From Acidobacteriota bacterium (GTDB lineage Bacteria; Acidobacteriota; UBA6911; RPQK01): a stretch of 34,064 bases of DNA. This document shows positions 18,425-26,699 of the stretch, one piece after another. The notes under the pieces are model-generated. The model saw only the letters and a program-made list of their open reading frames with translations, did no database searches and was not told where the DNA came from. The position numbers and the translations under genes are program-made. Numbering within the stretch: position 1 is the first letter of the stretch; each line of letters starts with the position of its first letter. The stretch lies in assembly GCA_003819755.1 (NCBI GenBank), contig RPQK01000003.1, positions 1 through 34,064 of the forward strand, in the 5' to 3' direction.

Positions 18425-18915
18425 GCTGAGCCCGATACTCTCAGAGAGATGGCCTGACACCCGTGCTGCGCGTGACTCGGGCGCGCTGGACTGCTGTGGC
18501 GTGTGTGCGAAGCCTCTGGCAGCCATCGCACGGGTGTCATTCCCATCTGCTCTCTTACTACGCGTCGCCTGCCAAAAGTGTCTTCGTTCCCGGCACTCTT
18601 AACGAAGATTTAACAACTCGCCTGATCCATTCGCTCGCTCGCTTCATCTCTACAAGTGACGGACACGATCGCAAGAAATAAGTTCAGTTTGGCGTCCCAG
18701 GCGCCAAAGCAGGAGGCACAGGCGGGATTCCCCTCCTCTTCGCTTGTGCCTCCGATTTTGGGATTTGCTTCTTCTCGCCTCCGGTTTGCCGGCGGGTTGA
18801 GCTACGAGCGCTGCGGCCCCCCCAGTCGCGGAAACTTACCCGCTGCCGGTTCGTATAAGGAAGTATCCCTCCTCACCAAGCTCACTTACGGTACTATGGG
18901 GGGACAGGATTGACT

Positions 18916-21129
18916 ATGAAGATCCGCGCTCAACTCGCCTTGAGTTTCCTCTTGTTTACGATAGTCCCGCTTGCCGGGTTAACCCTCTACTCTTACTCGA
19001 CTTCCATCCGGGCTTTCAGGAATGTGGTCCAGGAGGAATCGGCGGCACTCGCGAAGGAGATGAGCCATCGCATGGAAGCGGTCACCCGCGATCTCCAGCA
19101 CCGGATTCACCGATTGGACCGCCGTCCCTTCTATCAGATGGGAGCCGAGGCAAGAGGGAAGGGCCAGGTTCATCCGGCCGATGTGTACGCGCAGATCATG
19201 TCCGGTATGGGCGAGATGGCCCCGTATGTTGATTCCCTGGAATTCCCGACCGCTCCTCCTCCCGAGACGTATCGCGGAGGTGTCCCGGATGCTCCTAACG
19301 TCCCCGTTCCTCCGCCTCCGGCCGAGTCGACGATGGCCCAGCGCCGTCCAAGGCCGAGTCCCGGGGCGCTGGCCATGGTCAAGCCGGGATCCGCAGCCCG
19401 CCATCCGGACTTTTCGGATACCGGACTGCGCAAGAGCGAATTTGAGTCGGTCGTGGTATACCTCGACAACCTTACTGATCGGCTGGGTGCCAAGGATCCC
19501 GGGGCCTTGGCTGCCAGCATCGAGGAAGATAAGAATCGGCTTGTCCTCAAGTGCAGCGATCCCGAGGTGGACGCTGCGGTCAAGGCCAAAGTAAAAAAGG
19601 CCACGGATCAGAAAGTCGACTTCCACCTGAGCGAAGAGCAGGTCCGCAAAATCACAGCAGAGGCGCAACGGGCGGCTGCCGAAGCGATAAGGAACGCCGA
19701 GGAGATGAAACGGTCAGGCGAGACCTTTCAGCGGCAGATCCCGCGTGATCCGGCTTTGTGGCGGCGGAAGGCCGAAAAGATGCGGGCGACCATGGAACTG
19801 TGGGTCAACCAGCAGAACGGTAAGGCCGGCGCGCAGCCGGGAGGCATGGTTAGCCCAATCAAAGCACAGATACGCGCCGACGAGGTACTGGCAGGAATTT
19901 TTGAGCGCGGCCGGTTTGCACACGGCGAAATCCAGTTCGCGGTCGACAAGAAAGGGAACGTGCACTCGCCGGATCAGACCAAGGTTGCCCACCTGGAAAA
20001 GCTGGGATTGAAGACGACGGAAGGCAAGGCCGCTTCTGTACAGTCCTGCCCTGAAGACTGGATCGTGGGGACCGCATTCGAGCCGGTGTCGGGCATGACA
20101 TTCGGCATTGCCCGGCCGATCGGAACGTCCCTGCAGCAGCTCCGGTCTACCGCGCTTCGAAATTTGGGCATCGGCTTCGCTTTTATTGGACTTGCCTTGC
20201 TCGGCATCATTCCGGTTTCCGGGCGGATGACCCGCAGCCTGTCGACTCTGACCCAGGGCGTGGAACGCCTGTCTCGGGGCGATCTTGAAGCTCGGGTTCC
20301 GGTCCGGTCAAAGAATGAGTTTGGCGCTTTGGCCGCCGCTTTCAACAAGATGGCGTCGGATCTGGCGCAGCAGCAGAAAATACTGGTCGAGCAGGAGCGC
20401 CTCCAAAAAGAGCTTGAAATGTGCCGGCGGATCCAGGAGGTCCTGCTGCCGCGCGAGCCGCTTAAAGTCGGATTTGCCGAGGCCCGGGGCGTTTCAATTC
20501 CGGCTCGTCAAGTGGGTGGCGACTTCTTCAATTACTTCGTGTTGCCCGAGGGCGATGTTGCGGTACTCATGGGCGATGTCTCCGGGAAGGGTGTGCCGGC
20601 CGCACTCCTGATGGCGAATCTCCAAGCCAGGTTGCAGGCGCGACTCCAGGTGGAGCGAAACCTGGCACGGCTGGCTGAGGAGATTGATTTCGAGGTCAAC
20701 AGACAGACCGAACCGCAGACGTTTGCGACTCTCTTCATGGGCATTATCAGCCGGGATGGACGCGTTCTGCGCTGGGTTAACGCCGGGCACAATCCGCAGT
20801 TCGTTCTCGGCGTCGATGGCCGGGTGCAGAAGCTCGGGGCAACCGGCAAGCCGATTGGGCTGCTCCCCGGGGATGGGTTCGAGGAACATTCGGTAGAACT
20901 CAAAGCCGGAGATTTCCTTTTTCTTTATACCGACGGTCTCGTCGAGGCCGAAGATCCGCAGGGCGAGGAGTTCGGAATTGAGCGGCTGGAAGCCATACTT
21001 CAAAAGGAGCGCAAGTTCGGCTTGGAACAGATCGTGTCGGACTTGCTCCGGGCCATTCGGGAACACCGCGGCGGAACCGAAGCCGGCGATGATGCCACCC
21101 TGTTGGCGTTAAAGGTGGCTGTGGATTAA
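18916..21129 (+). CDS. Membrane HAMP + SpoIIE/PP2C-family Ser/Thr phosphatase (RsbU-like)
   Basis: Two TM segments flanking a Pro-rich extracytoplasmic region; HAMP (GDLEARV...NEFG); VGGDFF, GDVSGKG, NAGH, YTDGLVE and DDAT motifs. Confidence 0.92.
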   Translation: MKIRAQLALSFLLFTIVPLAGLTLYSYSTSIRAFRNVVQEESAALAKEMSHRMEAVTRDLQHRIHRLDRRPFYQMGAEARGKGQVHPADVYAQIMSGMGEMAPYVDSLEFPTAPPPETYRGGVPDAPNVPVPPPPAESTMAQRRPRPSPGALAMVKPGSAARHPDFSDTGLRKSEFESVVVYLDNLTDRLGAKDPGALAASIEEDKNRLVLKCSDPEVDAAVKAKVKKATDQKVDFHLSEEQVRKITAEAQRAAAEAIRNAEEMKRSGETFQRQIPRDPALWRRKAEKMRATMELWVNQQNGKAGAQPGGMVSPIKAQIRADEVLAGIFERGRFAHGEIQFAVDKKGNVHSPDQTKVAHLEKLGLKTTEGKAASVQSCPEDWIVGTAFEPVSGMTFGIARPIGTSLQQLRSTALRNLGIGFAFIGLALLGIIPVSGRMTRSLSTLTQGVERLSRGDLEARVPVRSKNEFGALAAAFNKMASDLAQQQKILVEQERLQKELEMCRRIQEVLLPREPLKVGFAEARGVSIPARQVGGDFFNYFVLPEGDVAVLMGDVSGKGVPAALLMANLQARLQARLQVERNLARLAEEIDFEVNRQTEPQTFATLFMGIISRDGRVLRWVNAGHNPQFVLGVDGRVQKLGATGKPIGLLPGDGFEEHSVELKAGDFLFLYTDGLVEAEDPQGEEFGIERLEAILQKERKFGLEQIVSDLLRAIREHRGGTEAGDDATLLALKVAVD

Positions 21130-22064
21130 GCCGTCCGCGTCGTGCGGGGCTCAGCGCATTTTCGGGCTCCGCCGCCCAAATGAAAGTCGATCCGGCTCTC
21201 GAGGTGGCGCAGGAAAGCCGTGTCCGCGGCGAAGATGTTGACGACCGAGTCCTGCATTCGGTCAAGAAGCGACTCTCCCTTGGTTAGATCAACCTCGACG
21301 TCATCGGCCCGGCCCCTCTGTCTCTTGTGAGCCTGACCCGCCTCAACCAGTACTTCCGCTGCCTGCCTGAGCTCTTCACGGCGGCCGCGGAACAGGCGAC
21401 GCATGGAGGTCCGAATGAAACGCGGGTCGGCCTCAGCCAGAGCCGACGATACGGCCTCATAGACCCTGACCTGAAGGTCGGCGCTCGAAAGGGTAGTCTG
21501 GGTGACCATACCGGTGCCGATCAGGTAGCGAACGGCGTGGCCCTCCGCAAACACTGAGACGGCCTGATCTGCGGCCGACTTGAGGCCAAGAATGAAGAAA
21601 ATCTTCCGAAAATAGCGACCTACGACGTAAAGGGTCACTGTCAGCGGCAGGAAGAGCAAATAGGCACAACCTTTCCCGAGTGCCCAGTCCCGCTGTCCCG
21701 CTGTTAGGACCTTCAATCCCCGCTGGTCGATCTGAAGCCGGCTGCCCTCCAGAATGTACCCGTACATGCGGCGGCGAACCAGGTTCAGAGTCCAATCATC
21801 CACAAAAGGAACCGGTATCAGGTAAGAAGCGCCTCCCAGCAGGCTGAACAAAGCCAGCCGCCGAGAGACGGGGTCGGTGGGAGTAACGCCTATCGTGACG
21901 GGTTTAGGGTGGGTTTCAGAAGGGACAGAAGGGACACAAGGGACACAAGGGACAGAAGGGACAGAAGGGACAGAAGGGACAGAAGGGACACGAGCTGCGG
22001 AGTCCCTTGGGTCCCTTGTGTCCCTTCTGTCCCTTGTGTCCCTTCTGTCCCTTGTGAAACCCAC
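21126..22064 (-). CDS. Hypothetical membrane-associated protein (start uncertain; reading frame runs through the repeat hairpin)
   Basis: Protein-like body from ~21870 (LIPVPFVDDW, hydrophobic helices). The only SD-supported start is GTG 22064 (GAGGAG), upstream of the 9-bp repeats. Confidence 0.6.
   Translation of the reverse strand: MGFTRDRRDTRDRRDTRDPRDSAARVPSVPSVPSVPSVPCVPCVPSVPSETHPKPVTIGVTPTDPVSRRLALFSLLGGASYLIPVPFVDDWTLNLVRRRMYGYILEGSRLQIDQRGLKVLTAGQRDWALGKGCAYLLFLPLTVTLYVVGRYFRKIFFILGLKSAADQAVSVFAEGHAVRYLIGTGMVTQTTLSSADLQVRVYEAVSSALAEADPRFIRTSMRRLFRGRREELRQAAEVLVEAGQAHKRQRGRADDVEVDLTKGESLLDRMQDSVVNIFAADTAFLRHLESRIDFHLGGGARKCAEPRTTRTA
21909..22064. repeat. Inverted 9-mer (AAGGGACAG/AAGGGACAC) microsatellite hairpin with outer stem GTGGGTTTCA/TGAAACCCAC
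   Basis: 8 AAGGGAC units at 9-bp spacing (21920-21989) and 6 GTCCCTT units (22002-22053). Confidence 0.95.
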
Positions 22065-22065
22065 T

Positions 22066-23202
22066 CTACTCCTCATCTCCCAGCGCCGTGCCGACCAGGC
22101 GCGCGGTCTGCAGCCACGGATGATCAGGCGGCACGGTCTTCCGATTGCCGGCCACTTCCTCGAGGGGGACGGGGACGCATTCGTTGCCCTGCAGTCCGAC
22201 CATCACCCCGTATTGGCCTTCCTGGACGAGCCGGGCACAGACCGTGCCCAGGCGGGTGGCCAGGAGGCGATCCGCAGGTGTCGGGGTTCCGCCTCGCTGC
22301 AGATGGCCGAGAGACGTGACTCTCATCTCTAGCCCGGTCATCTCCTGCAGGTGGTGAGCCAGCCGCGCGCAGTTTTCTCCGCCGACCGGAAGGAGGCCCA
22401 CAGCGGGCTCGTCAGACGGGGAGGCCGGTGCCGCCTTCTTCGAATCCTTCTTCTTCTTGTTCTTCTTCTTTGACTTTTCTTCCCTGGCGTCGCCCTTCGG
22501 CTGGGCGCCTTCCGCCATCGCCACGATACTGAAGCGCTTGCCTTTGCGGTCGCGATGAATGAGGGCGTTAGCGACAGCCTGGACGCTGAAAGGGATTTCT
22601 GGGATCAGGATAACGTCGGCGCCCCCCGCGATGCCGGCGCCGAGGGCCAGCCAACCGGCGTTATGGCCCATGATTTCGACCAGAATGACCCGGTGGTGGC
22701 TTTCGGCCGTGCTGTGAAGCCGATCGATCGCCTCAGCCGCGACCGCCATCGCGGTATCGAAGCCGAAGCTGAGATCCGTTTTGGCAACGTCGTTATCGAT
22801 GGTCTTCGGCAGAGTGATGATGTTGAGTCCCTTTTCCGCGAGTCGCAACGCGTTTTTCTGAGTTCCTCCTCCTCCCAGGCAGATCAGGGCGTCGAGGTGC
22901 TGTTTGTGATAGTTCTCGACGGCAACCTCCGTCATGTCCATTTCTTCACCGCCCACAGTCATCCGGTGAAGCTTGTCCCGACTGGTTCCAAGAATTGTGC
23001 CGCCCACCGTCAGGATGCCGGAGAGTGAGCCGTCCGCGAAACGAGTGATGCGGTTCTCAATAAGCCCACGAAAACCATCGCGAAATCCAATGAACTCCGC
23101 CTGGTACAAGTCCATCAGCGGACGGCCCACTCCGCGGATCGCCGCGTTCAAGCCCGGGCAGTCTCCGCCTGCCGTCAGAATACCAAAGCACTTCGTCGCC
23201 AT
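22066..23202 (-). CDS. pfkA: 6-phosphofructokinase (PfkA family)
   Basis: [34 protein letters not shown] and LGHLQRGG; GAGGAG SD. Confidence 0.93.
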   Translation of the reverse strand: MATKCFGILTAGGDCPGLNAAIRGVGRPLMDLYQAEFIGFRDGFRGLIENRITRFADGSLSGILTVGGTILGTSRDKLHRMTVGGEEMDMTEVAVENYHKQHLDALICLGGGGTQKNALRLAEKGLNIITLPKTIDNDVAKTDLSFGFDTAMAVAAEAIDRLHSTAESHHRVILVEIMGHNAGWLALGAGIAGGADVILIPEIPFSVQAVANALIHRDRKGKRFSIVAMAEGAQPKGDAREEKSKKKNKKKKDSKKAAPASPSDEPAVGLLPVGGENCARLAHHLQEMTGLEMRVTSLGHLQRGGTPTPADRLLATRLGTVCARLVQEGQYGVMVGLQGNECVPVPLEEVAGNRKTVPPDHPWLQTARLVGTALGDEE

Positions 23203-23244
23203 AATGTCTCCTCATTCCAGAGAAGACATAGAATGGCAATGACT

Positions 23245-23700
23245 TCAAGCGTGCGCGCGGTCAGCTTCAAGCTGTGAGGTGCACTGCGGACAGCGGGAGG
23301 CCTGGAGCGGAATGCTCGAAAGGCAATAGGGACAGTTCTTCGAAGTAGGGGCCGCCGGCGCGGCCTCGGGCTGCCGCCTCATCCGGTTGATCCAGCGAAC
23401 CAGCAGGAAGACGGCAAAGGCGACCAGAACGAAGTCAAGCACAGTATTAAGGAACAGCCCATAGTTGATGGTTGGCACCCCTGCCTCTTTGGCTTCGGCC
23501 ACGGTCTTGTACCCGGAGCCGGAGAGAGCGACGAAAAGGTTCTCAAAGTTCACACGTCCGGCCAGGAGCCCGATCGGAGGCATGAGGATGTCATTGACAA
23601 AAGAAGTAACGATCTTTCCGAAGGCCACCCCGATGATGAGGCCGACCGCCAGGTCGACGACGCTACCCCGCATGGCAAATTCTTTGAATTCACGAAGCAT
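23245..23700 (-). CDS. mscL: Large-conductance mechanosensitive channel with C-terminal zinc-ribbon-like tail
   Basis: [48 protein letters not shown]; tail CPYC...CPQC; AAGGAGG SD. Confidence 0.95.
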   Translation of the reverse strand: MLREFKEFAMRGSVVDLAVGLIIGVAFGKIVTSFVNDILMPPIGLLAGRVNFENLFVALSGSGYKTVAEAKEAGVPTINYGLFLNTVLDFVLVAFAVFLLVRWINRMRRQPEAAPAAPTSKNCPYCLSSIPLQASRCPQCTSQLEADRAHA

Positions 23701-23793
23701 GTGCTCTCCTCCTTTTGTGCGAGAGTGTAAACGAAGATGGTAAAGAAGTGGAAGAAATCAGGGAGAAGTTGTTATTGGAGGGCAGGATCTCTC

Positions 23794-23815
23794 CGGGCCC
23801 GAGAATACGGGCCCG
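23794..23815. terminator. GC-rich hairpin CGGGCCCG-N6-CGGGCCCG
   Basis: Perfect 8-bp stem 20 nt downstream of the small ORF; no clear U-tract. Confidence 0.35.
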
Positions 23816-23835
23816 AACCGCCAGGCACGACCGTT

Positions 23836-23976
23836 TCAAGCAACCTTCAGAATCGGGTGGATCATCACGATGAAAACACCGTCTTCTTTGATGATGTATT
23901 CGATCTGATACTCACCTCGTTCTCGGCTGTTCAGCCAGTTGTGCAGTTCTTCAAGGGTGGTGAACCGCTTGCTCAT
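23836..23976 (-). CDS. Small hypothetical protein, 46 aa (MSKRFTTLEELHNWLNSRERGEYQIEYIIKEDGVFIVMIHPILKVA)
   Basis: AAAGGAG SD 9 nt before ATG 23976; codon usage like neighbouring genes; CATAAT -10-like box upstream; hairpin downstream. Too short to appear in the ORF track. Confidence 0.65.
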   Translation of the reverse strand: MSKRFTTLEELHNWLNSRERGEYQIEYIIKEDGVFIVMIHPILKVA

Positions 23977-24351
23977 TCCGACCAACTCCTTTCGAGACTT
24001 TGATTGAGATAGCCAAACGGTTAAGAGTGTTGATCGGTATTATGCCGAGAGAGGGGTGACATGAAGTGACGCCCACCCTTAAAACGGCCGGCAATAAAGT
24101 TTTCTCCAACTTTTTGATTGTAATCAGCACTCAAAAGATCGAGTGAGATGCCGTTCGGAAAGCACCCACTGATTCCATTCTACAACGAAGCCTTCGCCTA
24201 GGTATAACCGGGCTGCCACTGCGACGCAGTCCTTAGCGGCAACCGACAGGGAAATTTTTCCTGCTTCGTCGAGTCTTTGGCTGTCTGGCTCGTCCCTCTT
24301 GTCTGGTCCGCTTCCGCGTGGCACGGCGGTTGGGCACGACCGAGTCCGGGC

Positions 24352-24367
24352 TGGCACGCGACGTGCT
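24352..24367 (+). promoter_or_regulatory. Candidate sigma-54 (-24/-12) promoter
   Basis: TGGCACGCGACGTGCT has GG-N10-GC with a TGGCACG -24 box, ~58 nt upstream of the TPR gene. Confidence 0.45.
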
Positions 24368-24424
24368 GTCTTACCGCCAAAACCCACCCCCCGACCTTCA
24401 CCGGTCAATAAGGAGGACAAACGA

Positions 24425-25417
24425 ATGAAGGCCCTACGGAGCATACTGGCGGCCTTGCTTATTCTGTCGGTTCAGGTCAGAGCTGACAGCAATGCGAGCA
24501 TCAGAGGGCAGGTCTTGCCCGGTCCTGGGGAAACCGATCTGCCTGGAGTCGTAATGGTACGGATCATGGGCCCCGGTGTGCAGCAGGTGACGTACGTCTC
24601 GGGAGGACACTTCTCGTTTAGCGGCCTCCCGCGTGGTGATTACACGATTTATGTGACCGCACAGGGAAGAGAGGATACGGTATTTGAGCTTCCAGACTGG
24701 TCGGCAGACCGATCCGACCTGGTCACAGTCACAATGGGTGCCCGAACCGCCGACGCGAATGTTCCGCCGTCAGGCAATACTGTCGTGGATCTTAAGACGC
24801 TGAAGGTCTCTCCGAAAGCTCACGAGGAGATGCAGAAAGGCCTCGACTGTCTGGATAAGACTGAATTCCAAAAGGCCGAGAAGCATTTCAAAGCAGCTAT
24901 TGGTAAGTCTCCGGAGTTCTACCAGGCTCATAACAATTTAGGGATCGCCTACCTCCGCCAGAAGCGGCTGGAGGAGGCGGAAAAGGAGTTTGCAAAGGCC
25001 GTTGAGATTCAACCGGAGAATGCCATTGGCTTGAAGAACCTCGCTTATTTGAGAATGAACCAGGGACGGCCCAAGGAGGCCATCGATCCTCTGTCGAGGG
25101 CCCTGCAGCTGGAAAGCAATGACGCGACAGCCGAGATGTATCTGGGCGAAGCTTATGTGCAGACGAAAGATTTCGCGGCCGCCAAGGAGCATCTGCTAAA
25201 GGCCGTTCTCTTGAACCCGGCCCTCATTCATGCGCATTACCGGCTCGGGTACATTTTCGTGCAGGAGAAGGTGTACGACGAAGCTTTGAAGCACTTCCAG
25301 GCCTTCCTGAAGCTTAATCCGCCGAGCGGCAAAGAGGAGGTGCAGGCGGTAGTAGGGAAGTTGGAGCAGTATTTCAAGGATAGTCTGGCCCGGACCAGCA
25401 CGAATCCGGGGTTCTAG
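24425..25417 (+). CDS. Secreted carboxypeptidase-regulatory-like domain + tetratricopeptide repeat protein
   Basis: AAGGAGG SD; signal peptide; IRGQV...GHFSFSGLPRGDYTIYV; several TPRs (AHNNLGIAYL, AEMYLGEAY, AHYRLGYIF). Confidence 0.88.
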   Translation: MKALRSILAALLILSVQVRADSNASIRGQVLPGPGETDLPGVVMVRIMGPGVQQVTYVSGGHFSFSGLPRGDYTIYVTAQGREDTVFELPDWSADRSDLVTVTMGARTADANVPPSGNTVVDLKTLKVSPKAHEEMQKGLDCLDKTEFQKAEKHFKAAIGKSPEFYQAHNNLGIAYLRQKRLEEAEKEFAKAVEIQPENAIGLKNLAYLRMNQGRPKEAIDPLSRALQLESNDATAEMYLGEAYVQTKDFAAAKEHLLKAVLLNPALIHAHYRLGYIFVQEKVYDEALKHFQAFLKLNPPSGKEEVQAVVGKLEQYFKDSLARTSTNPGF

Positions 25418-25420
25418 GGG

Positions 25421-25515
25421 TCAAAGGACCTCAACGACCTGAAGGACCTGAAGGGCGACGACAGGCTTAAGGTCCTTCGGATCCTGCAGATCTTTCCGGT
25501 CCTTCAGGTCCTTGA
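25421..25515. repeat. Inverted 9-mer (AAGGACCTG) microsatellite hairpin between convergent genes
   Basis: AAGGACCTC-AACGACCTG-AAGGACCTG, then degenerate CAGGTCCTT units; fills the intergenic gap. Confidence 0.8.
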
Positions 25516-25526
25516 AGCCTGTGCCC

Positions 25527-26594
25527 TCACATCCACCGCAGCGCTACTGAGAAGTCCGCGGAAAGCTGCTCGAGCTTGGCCACCAGCGGCTGGCGGAAGG
25601 GTATACCCGACGCCTCGTACTCGAGCTTGCATCGATGGCTATGTTCGCCCGGCCAGCTGACTTCTCCCTGCTCGGGCGCTGGAGTCGCGGACTTCAAATG
25701 GTTTTTGAGAGCCTCGGTCTTTGACTCAAGCCACGCCCCAAAAGGACGCAGGGCGATAAACGTCTTGCTGGATCCACCTGCAAAATCATCTGGACGTCCG
25801 TCTTTGCCTTGCTCGAAGCAGAGCAGGCCGCCCGCCAACGCTCCCGTCAGCAACTCGATCATGAAAGCCAGACCCGAGCCTTTATGTCCTCCCATCGGGA
25901 GAATACGGCGGCTCTCTAGGATCGCCCGCGGATCCTTGGTAACTCTTCCTTCTTCGTCGACCCCCCATCCAACGGGGACCGCTCGACCTTCGGCGGCGGC
26001 ATCCATAATCTTTCTCACCGCAGCCTGCGTCATCGCGATGTCAAGGACTGCCGGCTCTTGTCCCTCTCCGGCAGGGACGCCGATGGCGATAGGATTGTTC
26101 CCGAGACATGGGTCCTTGGTTCCCCAGGCCGGAAAGTTGACAGTAGCATTCGTGAAGGCCAGGCCGATGTACCCTGCCCTCGCCGCCCGCAGAGCGTAAC
26201 TATAGCCCCGCCCCCAATGCGCCACCCCGCGCACTGAAACGAGGCCGACGCCGTAGACTTCGGCCCGCGTTACCGCTGCATCCATGGCAAGGGCCGATGT
26301 GTAACGCCCAATGGCTCGATCGGCCTGGTAAAGAACGGCAGCGGGCAGCTCAGTCACCACCGTGAGCTGAGGATTGGCGTTTATGCGGCCCGCCCGGAGA
26401 CTCGCAGCGAGACCGGGTACCAGCTGCACGCCATGCGAGTGAACCCCGGCCAAGTCAACTTCGGCCGTAATCTCCGCTTCGATCCGGGCCACATTGTCCG
26501 GTGCCCCGGCTTTGGAGAGGACCTCCCGAATGAAATCGATGAGATCTTTATGCGCCATGCGCTTGGTGGCTTGAACGCCCTTGGAGTGAACCAT
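25527..26594 (-). CDS. Ldh_2 family oxidoreductase (type 2 malate/L-lactate dehydrogenase, YiaK-like)
   Basis: GVHSHGV, HWGR, GNNPIAIGVP, LDIA, GGHKGSGLA and PGE motifs; start at 26600, 26594 or 26558. Confidence 0.9.
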   Translation of the reverse strand: MVHSKGVQATKRMAHKDLIDFIREVLSKAGAPDNVARIEAEITAEVDLAGVHSHGVQLVPGLAASLRAGRINANPQLTVVTELPAAVLYQADRAIGRYTSALAMDAAVTRAEVYGVGLVSVRGVAHWGRGYSYALRAARAGYIGLAFTNATVNFPAWGTKDPCLGNNPIAIGVPAGEGQEPAVLDIAMTQAAVRKIMDAAAEGRAVPVGWGVDEEGRVTKDPRAILESRRILPMGGHKGSGLAFMIELLTGALAGGLLCFEQGKDGRPDDFAGGSSKTFIALRPFGAWLESKTEALKNHLKSATPAPEQGEVSWPGEHSHRCKLEYEASGIPFRQPLVAKLEQLSADFSVALRWM

Positions 26595-26699
26595 GCTCAC
26601 GCCTCTGTTTCCAGTTTGAGAGGAGTGTATCCGACGATCGGCATGAGAGCAATGCTCCAGGGAGCGATTCTGCTACTATAGAAATGCCTTCAAGAATTT

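Noticed and set aside
18685-18800. Minus-strand GCAAAT...GGGACGCCAAA resembling a c-di-GMP-I riboswitch
   Set aside because: It lacks the GNRA-capped P2 of normal length and the P3 receptor motif, and no gene lies downstream on that strand.
23737-24003. 88-aa + strand ORF
   Set aside because: No SD; better explained as the antisense of the 46-aa minus-strand ORF.
24120-24300. Several small stems suggesting a riboswitch upstream of the TPR gene or small ORF
   Set aside because: No conserved aptamer motif recognised, and the stems are short for GC-rich DNA.
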